From Amoebophrya sp. A120 (lineage: Eukaryota; Protista; Dinoflagellata): a DNA stretch of 64,000 nucleotides. Below are positions 25,701 through 38,953 of the stretch, piece by piece. The translations under genes and the position numbers were made by a program. Positions within the stretch are counted from its first letter, which is position 1. Every line of letters begins with the position of its first letter. The notes under the pieces are model-generated. The model worked only from the letters and a program-made list of their open reading frames with translations. It was not told the DNA's origin and made no database searches. Where the stretch lies: contig CAJINV010000003.1 in the NCBI GenBank assembly GCA_905178155.1, forward strand, positions 6,353,985 to 6,417,984, given 5' to 3'.

Positions 25701-28700
25701 CCACTCGACTGGCGGCGGGAACCCGGCCCGAGCGCGACGCTGCTGCTCGACTGGCGGCGGGACGGCCCCAGGGGGCCTCCTCCTGACCCGCGCCGCGACA
25801 GGTTGGACTGCCGCCGCGACCGCGCAGTTTCAATATCCGCTACAAGTTCCGCGGGGTCTCCGCCGCATGACGCGGACGATGTTGTGCACAGCAAGAGGGG
25901 GCGGCGCAGAGGTAATTCGAGATCGCCCTCGTCCGACAAATCGCCTATGGTGACCAAATCGCCCCCGTCGTCCCGCGGGACCTTCCTCTCTTCGCGGAAC
26001 AGCGTCAGCACGCACTTCCCGATGTCCTGCAAGGCCCCGATCTCCTCACTGAGCAGAAAGTGCGGCTTCGTAGCCGACCTCGCACTGGAGAACACCAGGA
26101 GGCCGACACAGCCGCTCGCTACGACGCCGCGAAGCCACTGCAGGAAGTCGACGTGCACAAGTGCGCAGTCCAGCACGGACAACGGCCGCCCGACTACGTC
26201 TTCCGCGAAGCTCTGCACGGTGCGCGAGTCCATGTTGTTCTCTACCAGCACGGCCGGGTTCCCCAAACCGCCACCCGCCTGTGCGACGGCCGTGTTGGAG
26301 GTGTTGTCCGCTACATCCACCGAAGCCGCGCTGAACGCCTTGGTCAGTGCCTCCGCGGCCTTCGCCACCCTCAGGAAGCACCGGTCCCGGAGCGGAAACA
26401 CCGACAGCCGCAGATAGGATTCGTGCAACGGCTTCACAACGGGCTCGAAGCCGTAGTCCAAAACCGTTCCCATGCACCGAACCGTGATTTTCTCCCCTCC
26501 CCGTTCGAAGTAGTGTCGCACATGCCGCTCCCATGACGACCGGTTCACGGAGAGTTCGTCGCAGACGCTTACTTGGTGTCGCAGGAGCACGAGCAAAGGC
26601 TCGATGACATGCGCGAAACAAGTTTGGACCCGAAGTCGAGAACAACAGCTGAGGCTACCTTGTTCCTGCTTCGTTCCACTCTGTTGACCGCTGGCGGCGC
26701 CTGCGCCCGCGCGGCCCTGATCAATCTTGGCCTGGAGGACATCTACTACGCCATGTAGTTTAGTCTCTGCTGATGCAGCCTTCGGCGCAGCACCGGGAGC
26801 TTCTTGGTCGAAGAACGCCTCGTGTTTTAAGAACCTGATCAGTGCTTCACACTGCTTGTCTAAGTCGACAGCTGTATTCTTGAACAGCAGCGCCTGTTGA
26901 TTATTTCCGTGATTTCCCGACGCTCCAGGTACTAGCGGCTCCGAACCCGCACTGGTGCGAAAATTCTGAAGTTCAACCTCAACGGCCTCCACAAATCGTA
27001 GCTCCTGCGCAAGGAAGACCGCCTGCGGCGGACACTTCATGTCGATTGCGCGACCACCTTTGCTTTCCTCCTCCGCGGCATCCAGGAGGAGTCTGGGCCG
27101 CGATACAGTGAACAAACTGCCGATGCCACCTTCGTCTCCCAGGGAAGTAAACGACGCGGCGATTGCATGGCGCACGCCACCAACAAACAACTCCTCGAGC
27201 ATCAGCACGAAGCGGTCTGCGGTCATCATCGAAGCGCGTGCAGTTTGCTCCTTCACCGGGCCGAAGGTGAGAAACGGCGTCGCCGCCGAAGTTGTTGGAC
27301 AGTGCAGCACTATGGTATCGTCCAGGGGTGGGTGGGAGACCGTGCTTCTGGCCGATGCGGCCGTGTGCTGTTGCCGGCGAAACTGCACGAAGATACTAGA
27401 AGCAGCCGACGAGTCCCCTTCTTTCTTCCTCCCTGAAGGTGCCGAATCCGAAAGAACAGAAGCTGCATTATTGTGCAGGTGCGGAAAAAGCGTTGGCACG
27501 AACTGGCCCCAAACGTGACGGTTTTTCCAGAAGGAGCTCCGGTCGCGCTTTGACGCAAGTCTGGTCAGGTGCAGCAGCTCTGCCTCCGCTAACCAAAACA
27601 ACCGACCGCACCGGCATCGCGTTCTCTGCAGTGCTTTCCGCACCTGGTACTGCACGCCTTCCAGAACTTGCTGCGACTTCTGCAACCGCGCCAACAGGTC
27701 TGGCTCCGGAAAACTCACCCCTAGCAGCGCCGCCAGTGCGTTGGGGCTCTGCAGGGCCTGGTGCTTCAGCGAATGCCAAAACTCTGTTTCTTTCTCGAAC
27801 TGTCGCTGCGCCTGCTGCAACACCCAGTCCTGCTCTTCCGCATCGAGCTCCGCTTGGCGCACGGCAGCTATCCTAGAGAAAAGCACACCCATAGTTACCA
27901 GAAAAACGGGAGCTTTTGTGTTGCTAAACTCATGGCATCAAAACCTCTGTACTGCGGAGACCCACAGAGAGGCAATGTTCCTCCCTGCAGAAAAATGGCA
28001 GTTCGTGATGCTGGGGTTGGCGACTAAAGAGGTACCAAAAAGAAATTCTGATGCTAGAGAAAAACCGAAGCGACCTAGTTTGTGACACTGAAAATAACCC
28101 CAACACAAGTCAATCACTTTTGAGAAGTGTACTTTTCTGTAGAATAGCAGCCGCTCCCCTCGCGCCCCCGCCTGCACTTGCCGCGTCCTCATTCACAGTT
28201 CCTGTACCACGATCCGCTTCGTCCAACCCTTCCGCGACCAGGTGATCGAAAACCGGCCCCAGATTGCGCCATAGCTCCTGCACCCGCAGCCAGGTTTGCA
28301 CGCAGTGCAGCGCTCGCTTCAGGGCCCCGTCCCACGTCACAATTTCATCGCGATATGCCAAGTTGTACTCCTCGTTCGCGAGCAGCACGGACGTGCGCCC
28401 CACGTGCCGCTGCAGCAAAGCCTCGATCGTGCCGCCGTTCCGAAGGGTCCACGCGCGAAACCGGTTGCTGTTATCAAAATTGAAAACCTCGGCATCAGAC
28501 CGCGGGCTGCCCGGTGCACTGGTACCCGGAAGCTCCTTGGAGCTTTTCTCCGCTGCTTCGAGCTCCTCTCCCGCTAGCACCTCGAGCTCCACGATCTTTC
28601 GCACCAAGCTTTTCTCCACCGCGGCAGCAATGTCGCCTTGCAGAGGACCCGGCCCCCCTGCAGTGCCGGTTCCGCTGCCCGCAGGCTGCAGAGGCACACC

Positions 28701-31700
28701 CTTTTGAAATTCCTCGTCTTGGCGTTTGAGCAGGCGCTCGGCTACCTTCCGCTTTAAAATGGCGGGAATGCTGGACGGCTTCACCTTTGCCCCCTGGAAA
28801 AAGTCTTGAAACAAGAGACACTCTTCCACCGCAGCAGCAGCGGCAAAAGGGCGAGAGCCAGTGCCCCCCCCGGCGGGCGACCCAGTCGCCAAACCTGTGT
28901 GAAGGTCGTGATTCCCTGTACTAGCGACCGTCGTAGCTGCTCCCTCAGCCGCCCCGCCTCCGCTCGGAGAAGGACAAAACGGCGCGTAACAGCCCCACTG
29001 AGCGAACATTTCGAACAATTCGAATTCCATGTCGCGTTCCTGGTCCGCACGGTAAGCGATCTGAATCACGGCGCGTTCCTTGGGAGAACCGAACAGCACT
29101 CCGCCCCTCTTGATTACAGACGATAGGGAGAAAAACTCTTCCACGTCGTTCGGATCCGTTTCCGCCCCTGTTGTAGTAACCGCGCAAAAACCTCTCGTGG
29201 AGAAAAAGCGATCCACTTCGGGGATGCCGGTCGCAGGGTTTCCACCCTCCTCATTCGCCTGTACTTGGTTCACTTCAGTGGAAAAAGTTTTTGAATCGGC
29301 GAGGTCGGACGGAATGTTTCGGCGGTAGGGGTGGATCCAGTGAGGAGTCGGCTCCAACAGCGACACTTCTCGCCAGTGTCGGTCCTTCATGCCCTTGCTT
29401 CGCAGCGCGCACAGGAGAGGCAGCGCCTGCTGGTACTGCAGCAACTCTGCTTCGACCGCCTCCGCTAGCGAAATAATCTCCAGCAGCTGCTCGTTCACAA
29501 TCTCCCCGCGCTCCCGCGCCATCAGGGCTTTCATGCTCTCATCCCCCACCGACCCGCGTCGCTTGTTCGGGGGTAACACCTTTGCGGACGTCGTTGCATT
29601 TGCGCTCCCCGGCACGACCGCCTTTGCTACTTGCTTCATCGACGTCGAACTCGGAGCGGTAGAGCCAATCATGCCCCTGAAATCCTGGACACAACGCGCC
29701 ACCTCGTCTACACCGCGATTGACAAACTCACAGACCTCGTCCGCGTCCAGTAAACCCAGAAAGCCATGCCTGGTAAAAAAAAGTTAGTTGCCGTGTTTGC
29801 ACTGCATCTGAGAAGTTCCAAAAAACTACACAGCACCCTAGTGGACGTCCTGCGAAAGAAGCAGAAGAATCATCTCAAATCATACCACAGTCCGTGCTTC
29901 CGGTCGCGCCACTCGGACGCGACACTCCAGAAAATGCGGTAGGGCTGCCACTCTGCTACAATCTGCGAAAGTTTCGTGGACCGCTCTTCTTGGTTGTTGG
30001 CCTGCGGCACGAACCCCAGCAGCTTCTCGCGAACCTGCAATTTGCGCAACTCCTGCTGACTCTGCTCCAGCCGCTCGGTTACCAAAAATGCGTTTTTCGC
30101 AAGATCAGCCAAGTTCAGCTGCGGGTCATGAGACTCTGATGTTCCGGATGGGGTAATAAAAGAACTGCATGGCTTCGCGGCGCCAGCCACAGGACCCTCT
30201 TTCATCTCGGTCGCTGGCGCCCCTTTCAGCTTTTGCGCCGAGATCTTCCCAGGGCTGCTGCGACCCTGTGGTACTCCGCTGCCGATACTACTCTTCGGCG
30301 ACCTGTCACCCTCCCCACCCGCCTTTCTCGACGACGGCTGCGCGGCGACGTCCACCGTGCCCAAGGCTAGCGGTTTGGTGGTGAAATTGGTGATCAGATC
30401 TTCCAGGTCGCCCAGCTCCTCCACGAACTGCTCGCCGTCTTTCTCCAGCTCCTCCAAAAACAGGCCCTCGCGCCGATCGATCTGCTTCATTTTGGTAAGC
30501 AGAATCTTCTCCGCACGCAAAACGTCCACGAACAGCCGAAACTCGTACTTGGACAGCGAGAGCTGCAAACACGACGCTCGTGTCACCTTCGGCAGCTGCA
30601 GGGGGGATGAAGAAGTTGCATTCTTACTGGCGTTCCGTTTGTTACCGCTCCGGGTAGTACTGTGCGGCTCCGTGAGCAAGGAGAACAGATAGCGGAACAG
30701 ATCCAGACGCGGGGGCTCACGCTCATACACGATCCACTGCCTCAAACGAACCAGATCCTCGATCGAGGTTGGAAGTTGGTCCAACTTGTGATGGTAAGTG
30801 TCGTACGTTTGCAGAATTTGTCCTCCGGTGGCGTTGAACACGTCGAGAATCAGCTCCGTGTTCCGCCGGATGTACTGCGTGTACTTCGCAATTAGCGCAT
30901 TCCGAATATCGTTCACAGAGACTGCAAGCAGGGGTCCAAAAACGCGAAGATGATTTGGTGCGGCAGAAGTCGTGGAGGTCGAAGTGATACGGTCGCACAA
31001 CTGCTGCTCGCATAGGAACAAAGTGATGCGGTCCAGGCTCGCGGAAGCCTCCGCCCCCGACTTCTGCTGGCGATGCGCCGCATGAGGATGGTGCGACCTG
31101 GAGCTGCCGGCGTAGTTGCCCAGGTTCTGATACGGGGCTCTGCTCTGGTTCGCGGTTGTCCTCGAAGTAGTTGCGAAGGGTTCGCTATTTGACGGCAAGA
31201 ATTTCGCGGCACGATCCAGCCGCTCCCGCAACAGCCTGATGTTTGCGGCATACTGCTCGGCCCGCTGATGCAACTGCTCTTCGCTCAGCCTCGGCGGGAC
31301 GGAATGGAACGTGTCGGAATTCGCGTCATACAGGTGGATCCCCTGTAATTCCCTGGAAGGCTCTCCGGTAGAATTTTTCGGCGTGCTCGTAGAGGAAGAT
31401 ATTTGGCCGACGTCATTAGCATCATCTTCCCCTGTAATGTCATCCACATTTTTTTCTGCGATCGACGCCGAGCCCTGCTGTGCGGAAGAAATCTTCTTGG
31501 ACGAGGATGCCGCTGCGTTGCTGCTTTTGCTCACGTCGATTTTCCGAGCCCTTTTTTGAGCGTCTTCCTTCTCCGCCAACGCTTTGTGATACAGAACCAC
31601 CGAGAAACTTGGATCCACGTTCTCGCGGATGTGCTGGGTCAGAAACCCCAACAGTGCAGGCAGCAGTCTGCAGAGGTGCCTTTCCAGTCCGCCTCGCAAT

Positions 31701-34700
31701 GCCTCCTTGCGCTCCACAACCCATTCTTCCTGTGCGCTGGTCACCGCCAGACATTTCGTTTTCTTCGCGTGCGCCTCCCGGGCACGACCTGGTCCCTCTG
31801 TGGTGCTGCGCGCTCTCGGTGGAACAAGCGATGTTGTGCCAGGCACCGAACCAGGTCCTCTGACACTTTTCCCCCCCGTCCTCGCGGTAATATCTTTGTT
31901 TGTCTCGTCCAACGCCACAGGAATCGCTTGCACCTGCTGAAACCCGAAATTGGGAATCTCGTCGCAAAGGAGGGCGAGAAGTTCGTCGACACTGTGAGAG
32001 TACCGAAAATTTTCTTCCTCAAGACAAAACACCACGTCGAGCCGCAGCAGCGCCGGTGCAGCAGAAGCGTGGTTCAAGATGAGTTGATGTACATCCGACG
32101 ATATTAAATCCTGGCGCAGCAGCTGCCCTTCTTGGCCGGTCCCCTCGGACGCGAAGCTGCCTCCAGAGCGATTGGTCACTGTTTCGCACACCTGCAAAAT
32201 CATGCCTGTGCTCTCGCAGTATGTGAACCTCGGTTCGAGCACACGAGAGCAGTCGCTTGTCCCTGCGGCGGGCATCGGGGCCGCTCTTTCGCCGCGCGGG
32301 GATGGTCGCAAGGGGCCCGCCCCGGCCGCCCGCGGATGGTTGTACAGCATATCGCAGTACCCGCGAAACGAGTCTGACACTAATTCGGATACTGCGTGTT
32401 CCATCTGAAATTGAAGTTGTCGCAACACTTTTCTTGCTTTCGAAAACTGGTACAGATCCTGCTTCTCGTGCGGCTGAAGCTGGCTTCCTTCCGACTGGCC
32501 CACCTTGCGCAAGTCGTTTCTCGGCACCCCCTCCATCGCACTGCTACCCGCAGGCGATGCGTAGGCTGCCCCCGCTGCGTGCGACGACGAGTCAACACTG
32601 TTCTTGGCGCACTTCGGATTCTTCCGCTGCGCTACTGCGTGTTGCTCGTGCTGCGGAAGCAGCTGAAACCAGCCCTTACCGATGCTGTCTTTACCCAGAT
32701 GCTTGAGCACCAGTGCCTCGACGTCGGCGTGCCACACGTCGTGAAGATACTTCTTCGAGTCCACCGCGAAACTTCGCTGCCACGATTTGAACTGTTCGAG
32801 CCCGTGCACGGGCAGTGGCTGTCTCGGCACCTCCGACACGGAGATACAATCATTTTTGTCCTCCATCTGTACTAGCCCGCTCAGTCCTGAGGGCGGTGGA
32901 GTACTGGCATTTGTGCGGGGTGATCCGAGCACCAGCACCGGCCGAGAAAGCACGTCAAAGACCGCTAATGACCTGTTGCCCCGCGAGAAGTTGTGCAAGA
33001 ACTCTTGCCGGAATTCCAAGAACAACCGCAGCACTTCCGGTCGGGTGAAAAGAATCCCGTTGCGCACTAATGTCTGCCGCAACAGCTTCTGGTCCGGGAA
33101 GGACTCGCGTAGCGCGCACCGAAACATCTCCCGCCGCAATAGATAACAGTCGCGCGCCAGGACCGAAAACGCACTGGCGCTTCGGAGCGAGGGGTGAAAG
33201 TAGAAACACGACGAGAAATAGGCGCCACTGCTATTTTTATAGTGGTCGAGGGCCTGACTCTTTGCTTTGCGTGCGAAGTTCTTGCGAACTTCATTTTCAT
33301 CTCCTTCCTCCCACCCGTGCAGAGAGAGCGACATTTCGGGCAAAACTGTCAATGTTCGCGGAAAGTTTTTGACGACCTGCAGCGTCTCTACTGCTTCTTC
33401 TCCGCCATGTTGAACGGAATGATCCCGTGCGCCTTTTGTGCGCCCACTCCCCGCGGTCACGGGCCGCTGCACTGAAGCCGTCTCGTCGTCGCTCGAAACG
33501 TAAAAACTTTGATCGTCGAAGTCATGTCCGCTAACGCGAGGATGTAGATCATCTTCAAAAGATTCGCCCTCCTCGGCTTCGCCTCGCTCGTTGTGTCCCA
33601 CGACCACGTCGACCATTTCCATTTCAGCCTGTTGTTGCGCCCAGCGCAGCGGCACCGAACGTGCCTCGGCGCGGCTGCGGAGACGAGCATAAGGATGATC
33701 AGAAACATCCGGCTCAATTCCAATGCAGCCTCGGTCCGCGTTAGAAGACCCAGTTGCTCCTGCCGCACGTGATAGCGTGCAGTGCAATGGAAACAAACCA
33801 ACCGCATTGCTCTCTTCGCCCGTGGCCGCGAAGGAATTTGGCTTGTTTGATGGCATTTGTTTCTCTAGTACGAGCGCGTCCTTGGCGATCCGCGTAAACC
33901 AGTTCGCGATAGCAACGTCGGCAACGAAGTTGCTTTTTGCGTTCAACTCGGCACACCTTCTGCTCCAGGCAACCCCGACGAACATTGGCTCTATTATTCC
34001 ATGGTTGGGCGCGGGCGATGACAGAAGCTCGTGGGCCACATCGGCGCGGCCGTCGTGTCCAGGTTCTTTTCCATCCTCAGCAGGCTGAGTGTTGTCACAC
34101 GCGGGGGCGGTAGAAGACGCCGCGAGAGCCGCCACGCGCTTTTTCCGCTGGAAGGCCTGTAACTGGAGATGGCTCATGGCTCGCTCGAAAACGAGCGCCC
34201 TGTCATCATCCGCGGTCGCGACGCTGGGCATCTGGTCCAGAACCAAACTGTGAAGACACTGCCTTTCGACTTCGCCGCGCAGGCGAAAGGCGTGAAGCAC
34301 CCGGTTCGCGTACAGAACGGGGCTTTCCCCGTACATGTGGACAAACAGCGGCGGAAGAAAGAACACCTGCCCGCGTTTCTGCAGCGCTGCGGGTTTGTCC
34401 CTTTCTTCCTCTGCAGGTGCCCCAGTGCCCGCTGGAAACAGCGAAAAAAAATGAACCTTGTACAAGCCGCGCTGGGCATCGAAACCACTCACTCCGGCAA
34501 CCAGGTCTTCGTAATCCTGCCCGACATAGGTCCCCCGTTCCGGGTGGTAGGCACAAACCCGAAGCATTTTTTGCTGCACCCCGTGAAGCTCTGCTCGGGG
34601 CTCCGCGGGATTTTCATCGTCTCCGTCGTGCATTACGGAGAGCAGAACCGCGCCGCTCGAAGCTGTGTAATTTTGGCTCGCCGAGGTACCACCAGCTGAT

Positions 34701-35788
34701 GCAGAATCGCGCATCGCTCCCTCACGGATCCATTCCTCCGGCGTGCGCTCCCAAAAATCCGTGCTGTCAAAAAGATGCAGTGGCAAGTGGTACAACGGCC
34801 CTTCCACCGCGTTTCCGGCTGGCCTTGCGCCATCGTTCGCAGTTTCGCACGTGGTCATCAGGGAATGCAGCGGGCTTTTCGGGCTCGGAACTACGTGTGC
34901 TGCCATTCCAGGTTCGGAGTAGGCAGCATGTAGGCGTAGCCGCACTGCCTCGGCGACGTCAATCTGCGCGAAGGCGTCTTGCTTTCTCTGCAACGCGACC
35001 TGCTTCGGTTCCCGTTCCCGTGCGTTCGCCGCGTCTGCTTTCTGCAATTTTGGCGGTACGATGTGGAAGTAGCACGAAACAAGTTTTCGAGCAAGCAACC
35101 GATCTGCTCGCCCCGGCGGACCATCTTCTGCTTGTCCCGCGTCAACCAATGTCCTGCGCACTCCTTTGCCGCGCCTGTCTACAACGCCGGCGTCTGCTTG
35201 CTCGCCCGTAAGCCCCGAATCCCACATCCCCTCCCGGGTCGAACGTGAATCGGCGACTGGGACTACGCGCGCATGCAAGTTGATGCCTGGTGGAAAAAAC
35301 AATGGTGACCCTATCCTTTGTTCTTGTGGCGGATCAAGACCAGTTTTCCTCGCAGAAACCAGTCTCGCACCAGGACGCGTGCTCGGCCGTGTGGCGGTGC
35401 TGGGCCGGAGAGGTCCACCTTTCGGGGACGTGATAACCCGGAACTTGCCGGGGCTCGATTGCGGCCGCCCGGATGGCGGACTTCGGCTGCGAGGCACCAC
35501 CTCGCTGCTCGCCACAGAGTTTCCCGCAACGTGGGGGCCGCGCCCTCTTTCCGCAACGCCATGGTCTCCTGAGACCCACCGTCCTTCCCGCGCTGCTGTC
35601 CACGGATTGGATTTTTTTACGTGGTCGGGCGCACTTATGATCGGAAGCTCCACGGTCGGGCATTGCCGTCGCTGTTCTTCCCGTGCGGCATCCGACAAGG
35701 AAAACTTGCTATCCTCGCGGACACCGCGCCCAGGTCGTTGCCCTCGTCCTTTGTGATCATCGAGACCCCGGCTTGGAGACAGCAGCAT
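13760..35788 (-). CDS. Divergent axonemal dynein heavy chain (inner-arm/DNAH1-like), ~7209 aa, 3 exons
   Basis: Exons 35788-29886, 29769-28147 and 27863-13760 total 21630 nt. Motifs: LPLHLFDSTDFWERTPEEW; linker LRSKGMKDRHW and WLRVQELWRNLGPVF; YGFE...PLRDRCF; GPAGCGKT (AAA3); stalk ALPALEEA...PPSGVRMTME...ASVACEAICMW...VKPKR. GT-AG intron at 29770-29885. Confidence 0.85.
27869..28146. mobile_element. Introner in the dynein gene
   Basis: TATCCTAGAGAAAAGCACAC / GTGTACTTTTCTGTAGAATA imperfect TIR; direct repeat GCAGC. Removal joins GAAA-VRQAE. Confidence 0.9.
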
Positions 35789-36179
35789 GATCTGAAATTT
35801 GACGAGGGTTACGCTGCAACGTCTTTCTCTCCATCGGAAGTCAGACTGTTTGATAGCAGCATATGCTACTTAATACCATCTGAAAGGGCAAGCCCTACGC
35901 ATAAACCGACATGGACGCGAAAGTGAAACACGCGCATGTGCAATGCCACGATAACAAACATTCACCGCGAGGGGGGAAGGGCCTTTAGAACATGTTCCAG
36001 GGTTTTCAAACAAGTCTCAGAAGAACGAGATGAATGGCCCCGGTCCGGCGATCACGGCTGTTGCTCTATTTCACTGCATTCAAATACATTTGTGGAATCC
36101 TGTCGAATCTACACTCTCTCCCGAGATCATGGAATGGACCAACTAAACCTTGAAGTAAATCCGAATAAACGGAAAATGT

Positions 36180-37247
36180 TCACGAAGCTCGCCAACTGTC
36201 ATCGCCACTGTGCACAAGTAACCCCTTTTGTTGCATCCCTTTGAGCTGCTTGACGAAACCGGCGCGCACACCTCCGCCCATCTGTGCCGTCTTGGGATCG
36301 TGCCCGAGCGCCAAGAGATAAATCACGCGAAGCCGAAGCGGGCCCTGCGCTTCACGCAGAACGCGGATGACAGCCTCATTTGGTGGATATTCGGGCTTCC
36401 GCTCTGCAGTAGAGTCCCGCAGATTCATCTTACTGATTGCATCCATTAGACTGTCGACATCATCCACCACGGGTTGCGGCTCTGGCACGCTTGGTGTCGG
36501 TGCTGCATGCTTTTTTACCTCTACTTCCTGATCACGACTTCCTCTCTGTGATCTGCTCTGGTCATCTACCCCCCTGTCTGCGGTGGGCTTTATCGCTGCT
36601 CCCGTCCTCTCTGTAGTAACCTGCTCCTTTGTAGTTAGGACCGATTCCGGCCGGTTCAGTGCCTCCTTCGCTACGGGTGCGCTCCGCTTTGGTTCCAGAG
36701 TCTGGATGTGGTGTAGTGCCTGCCGTGCTGCCGAATGCTCAGCTGTTTTCTTGAACGTGTACGTGTCGCCAAACAGCTCCACTGGTTCTTCAAGGTGGTC
36801 GAGACAACAAATGGCTGTAAAAGGTCCTTGATTATGCGGGCGGTGTACCCATCTATAGCGGGGCTCGTTTTTCCGGAGGGGGCGTCCAATGAACTTTGAA
36901 TACGCCGTTTCCAGCGCCCCTTTGCAATTGCCCAAACCTTCAGGATCCGGGGCCGCTGATGCTTTTTTTGCAGTTTCGGTCCAATTTGAGCGGAAACGCG
37001 GAATCTCACCAACTCCATCTGCACCGAGATTCTCGTGCTTTGCCGCGTTGGCGCGTCGATTGACATTTTCGTAGGATCGGAACTCCCCCGCTGAAAGTCG
37101 CAGAGGCCCTCTTTTTTCTTTGTCGCCGTGAGCCATTGCTGCGGATAAATTTTGAAAGGCAGTCCCGAACCTGTCATTTAACGTCTTCAACGCCCGGATC
37201 TGCTCCCCGACGCATTCCTTGCGATGCTCCAGGTCTGAGATATCCAT
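36180..37247 (-). CDS. dsRNA-binding-motif protein with C-terminal winged helix, intronless, 355 aa
   Basis: dsRBD-like NCKGALE...PRY...F...KKTAEHSAARQAL; C-terminal EAVIRVLREAQGPLRLRVI...LKGMQQKGLLVHSGDDSW is wHTH-like. Confidence 0.7.
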   Translation of the reverse strand: MDISDLEHRKECVGEQIRALKTLNDRFGTAFQNLSAAMAHGDKEKRGPLRLSAGEFRSYENVNRRANAAKHENLGADGVGEIPRFRSNWTETAKKASAAPDPEGLGNCKGALETAYSKFIGRPLRKNEPRYRWVHRPHNQGPFTAICCLDHLEEPVELFGDTYTFKKTAEHSAARQALHHIQTLEPKRSAPVAKEALNRPESVLTTKEQVTTERTGAAIKPTADRGVDDQSRSQRGSRDQEVEVKKHAAPTPSVPEPQPVVDDVDSLMDAISKMNLRDSTAERKPEYPPNEAVIRVLREAQGPLRLRVIYLLALGHDPKTAQMGGGVRAGFVKQLKGMQQKGLLVHSGDDSWRAS

Positions 37248-38660
37248 CTTTTACTGTCGTACGGGTACGGCGGTGCATAAGTAATCATATACTTAACCAA
37301 GCAACACCTGGCAATGAGTGGCGTAACTCGAAAACGATACGTTGTACATACAGATCCTTGGTTATCTGCAAAGAACAGAAAAATAAGCTGACTGAAAGTA
37401 AAAAGACCGCTTTTATGTGAGTCGCTCACTATGTTACGCTCAGGTACGAGCACACGACATGTAGGAAACTGCTGCAGGAGCAACCCATGCTTTCATTTGA
37501 CCAATCGCGATCGCGCGACCTTTCAAGGGTATGGAGATCTTCAGCTCGCGCGTCTCACTGTAGATCATGAGCTTGCGCGTGGTGTGACATATTACCCGAG
37601 ATCGCAGCGCACACATGGTCGATGAAGTGCGAAGTTAGCCGCTTTCTCGTGCTTACGCATTTCTTGGCAGCTATTTGTGTTATTCTTTCTTTTTAGTTGC
37701 TTCATTTCGTGTTTTGAAGTTTCTCTGGCTGCACAGCAACTTAGCATCGACGCGGGTGAAGCGGACACGACGTCACATCAAGTGCGCCAGTCCTCTTCCC
37801 CGATTTAAAAATGTTTTCAAAAAGTGTATGCCCTGTATCTATTAAATCTTGCACTTGTTGTTCGACGTATCTAGACAACTCAATATGCTGTGATTCCTAT
37901 ACCATGGTTTAACTTCAGGAGAACGACACAAACTACGTCACTCTCCTACCATTTCTCACGGTATTTTGTAAAAACAGAATACACATATTTAAATCCAGTA
38001 TCAACATCGGATTTAGTCTGATTCCTATAATAAACTGATTCTGATTCCTGCTGATTGTCTATTCCACTGATATTTCTGACTGTAACCATTATTACGTGTC
38101 TCTTTGGTCGTCCGACTTGTCTTTTCTTTTCCATTGACCGCAATAGTTTTTGGTTAGTTTTGCTTTGTCTGATGATGATTCTAAATCGATTCCCCGATTT
38201 TTGTGATGTGTTCTATAAAACCTGTTGGATAGTTGTGAATTGATTACATAGGTGTTTTGAACGAGCTGGAACTAACTATCGAGTCACGACAAATAAAACT
38301 GATCGAAGCAGCTGCTTTCAGTGTGATTTTCTCCGTGACTCTTCACAGCGAAAATCAAAGCCATGATCACACTGAAAAATCTCTAACTACGCAGCGATAC
38401 AAATGCTGATACAGCTTCGATACTGCCTTGTGACTTTTGTGTGTGAAACCTATACTCTTGACCTGTACAGAAAAACGTGCCTGCTTGAGCAATTCTCAAC
38501 GGTGTGGGGTCTTTTCGTCGAATTGCTGGCTACTCCGAATCGCTCCGATGAATTAAGTTCTTCTGCTGTGTACCGTCGGTCTGATACTAGCTTCGTATTG
38601 TACAAAATGCCTCACGACTTGGTCACACAGCTTGCTCCTGTTCTACTTATGTGCTTGGTC

Positions 38661-38913
38661 TATCAACTGTAAAAATGTCTGGGTCTGGGAAGAATTGATG
38701 TTTGTCGTGCTTGTCTGGCATGACTCTTGAATCTGTCATGCACGTTACCCAGGAGCTCTGTCTTTCTGTGATGCAGAAACGCAGTTTGTCATGCAGAATA
38801 GGCAACACCTAGAAGCTCAGAAACTTGTCATGCTGAGCCAGCATTTGCGGCCTCGTCATGAGACGCCACCCAGCATCACAAGTTTCCAGACCCAGACATT
38901 TTTACATTTGATA
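38661..38913. mobile_element. Introner family A copy in non-coding DNA (likely rhodopsin 3' UTR)
   Basis: TATCAACTGTAAAAATGTCTGGGTCTGG / CCAGACCCAGACATTTTTACATTTGATA; direct repeat TGGTC at 38656-38660 and 38914-38918. Confidence 0.9.
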
Positions 38914-38953
38914 TGGTCGGAAGTAGAACAAAAGATAATTCTTGATCCACGAT

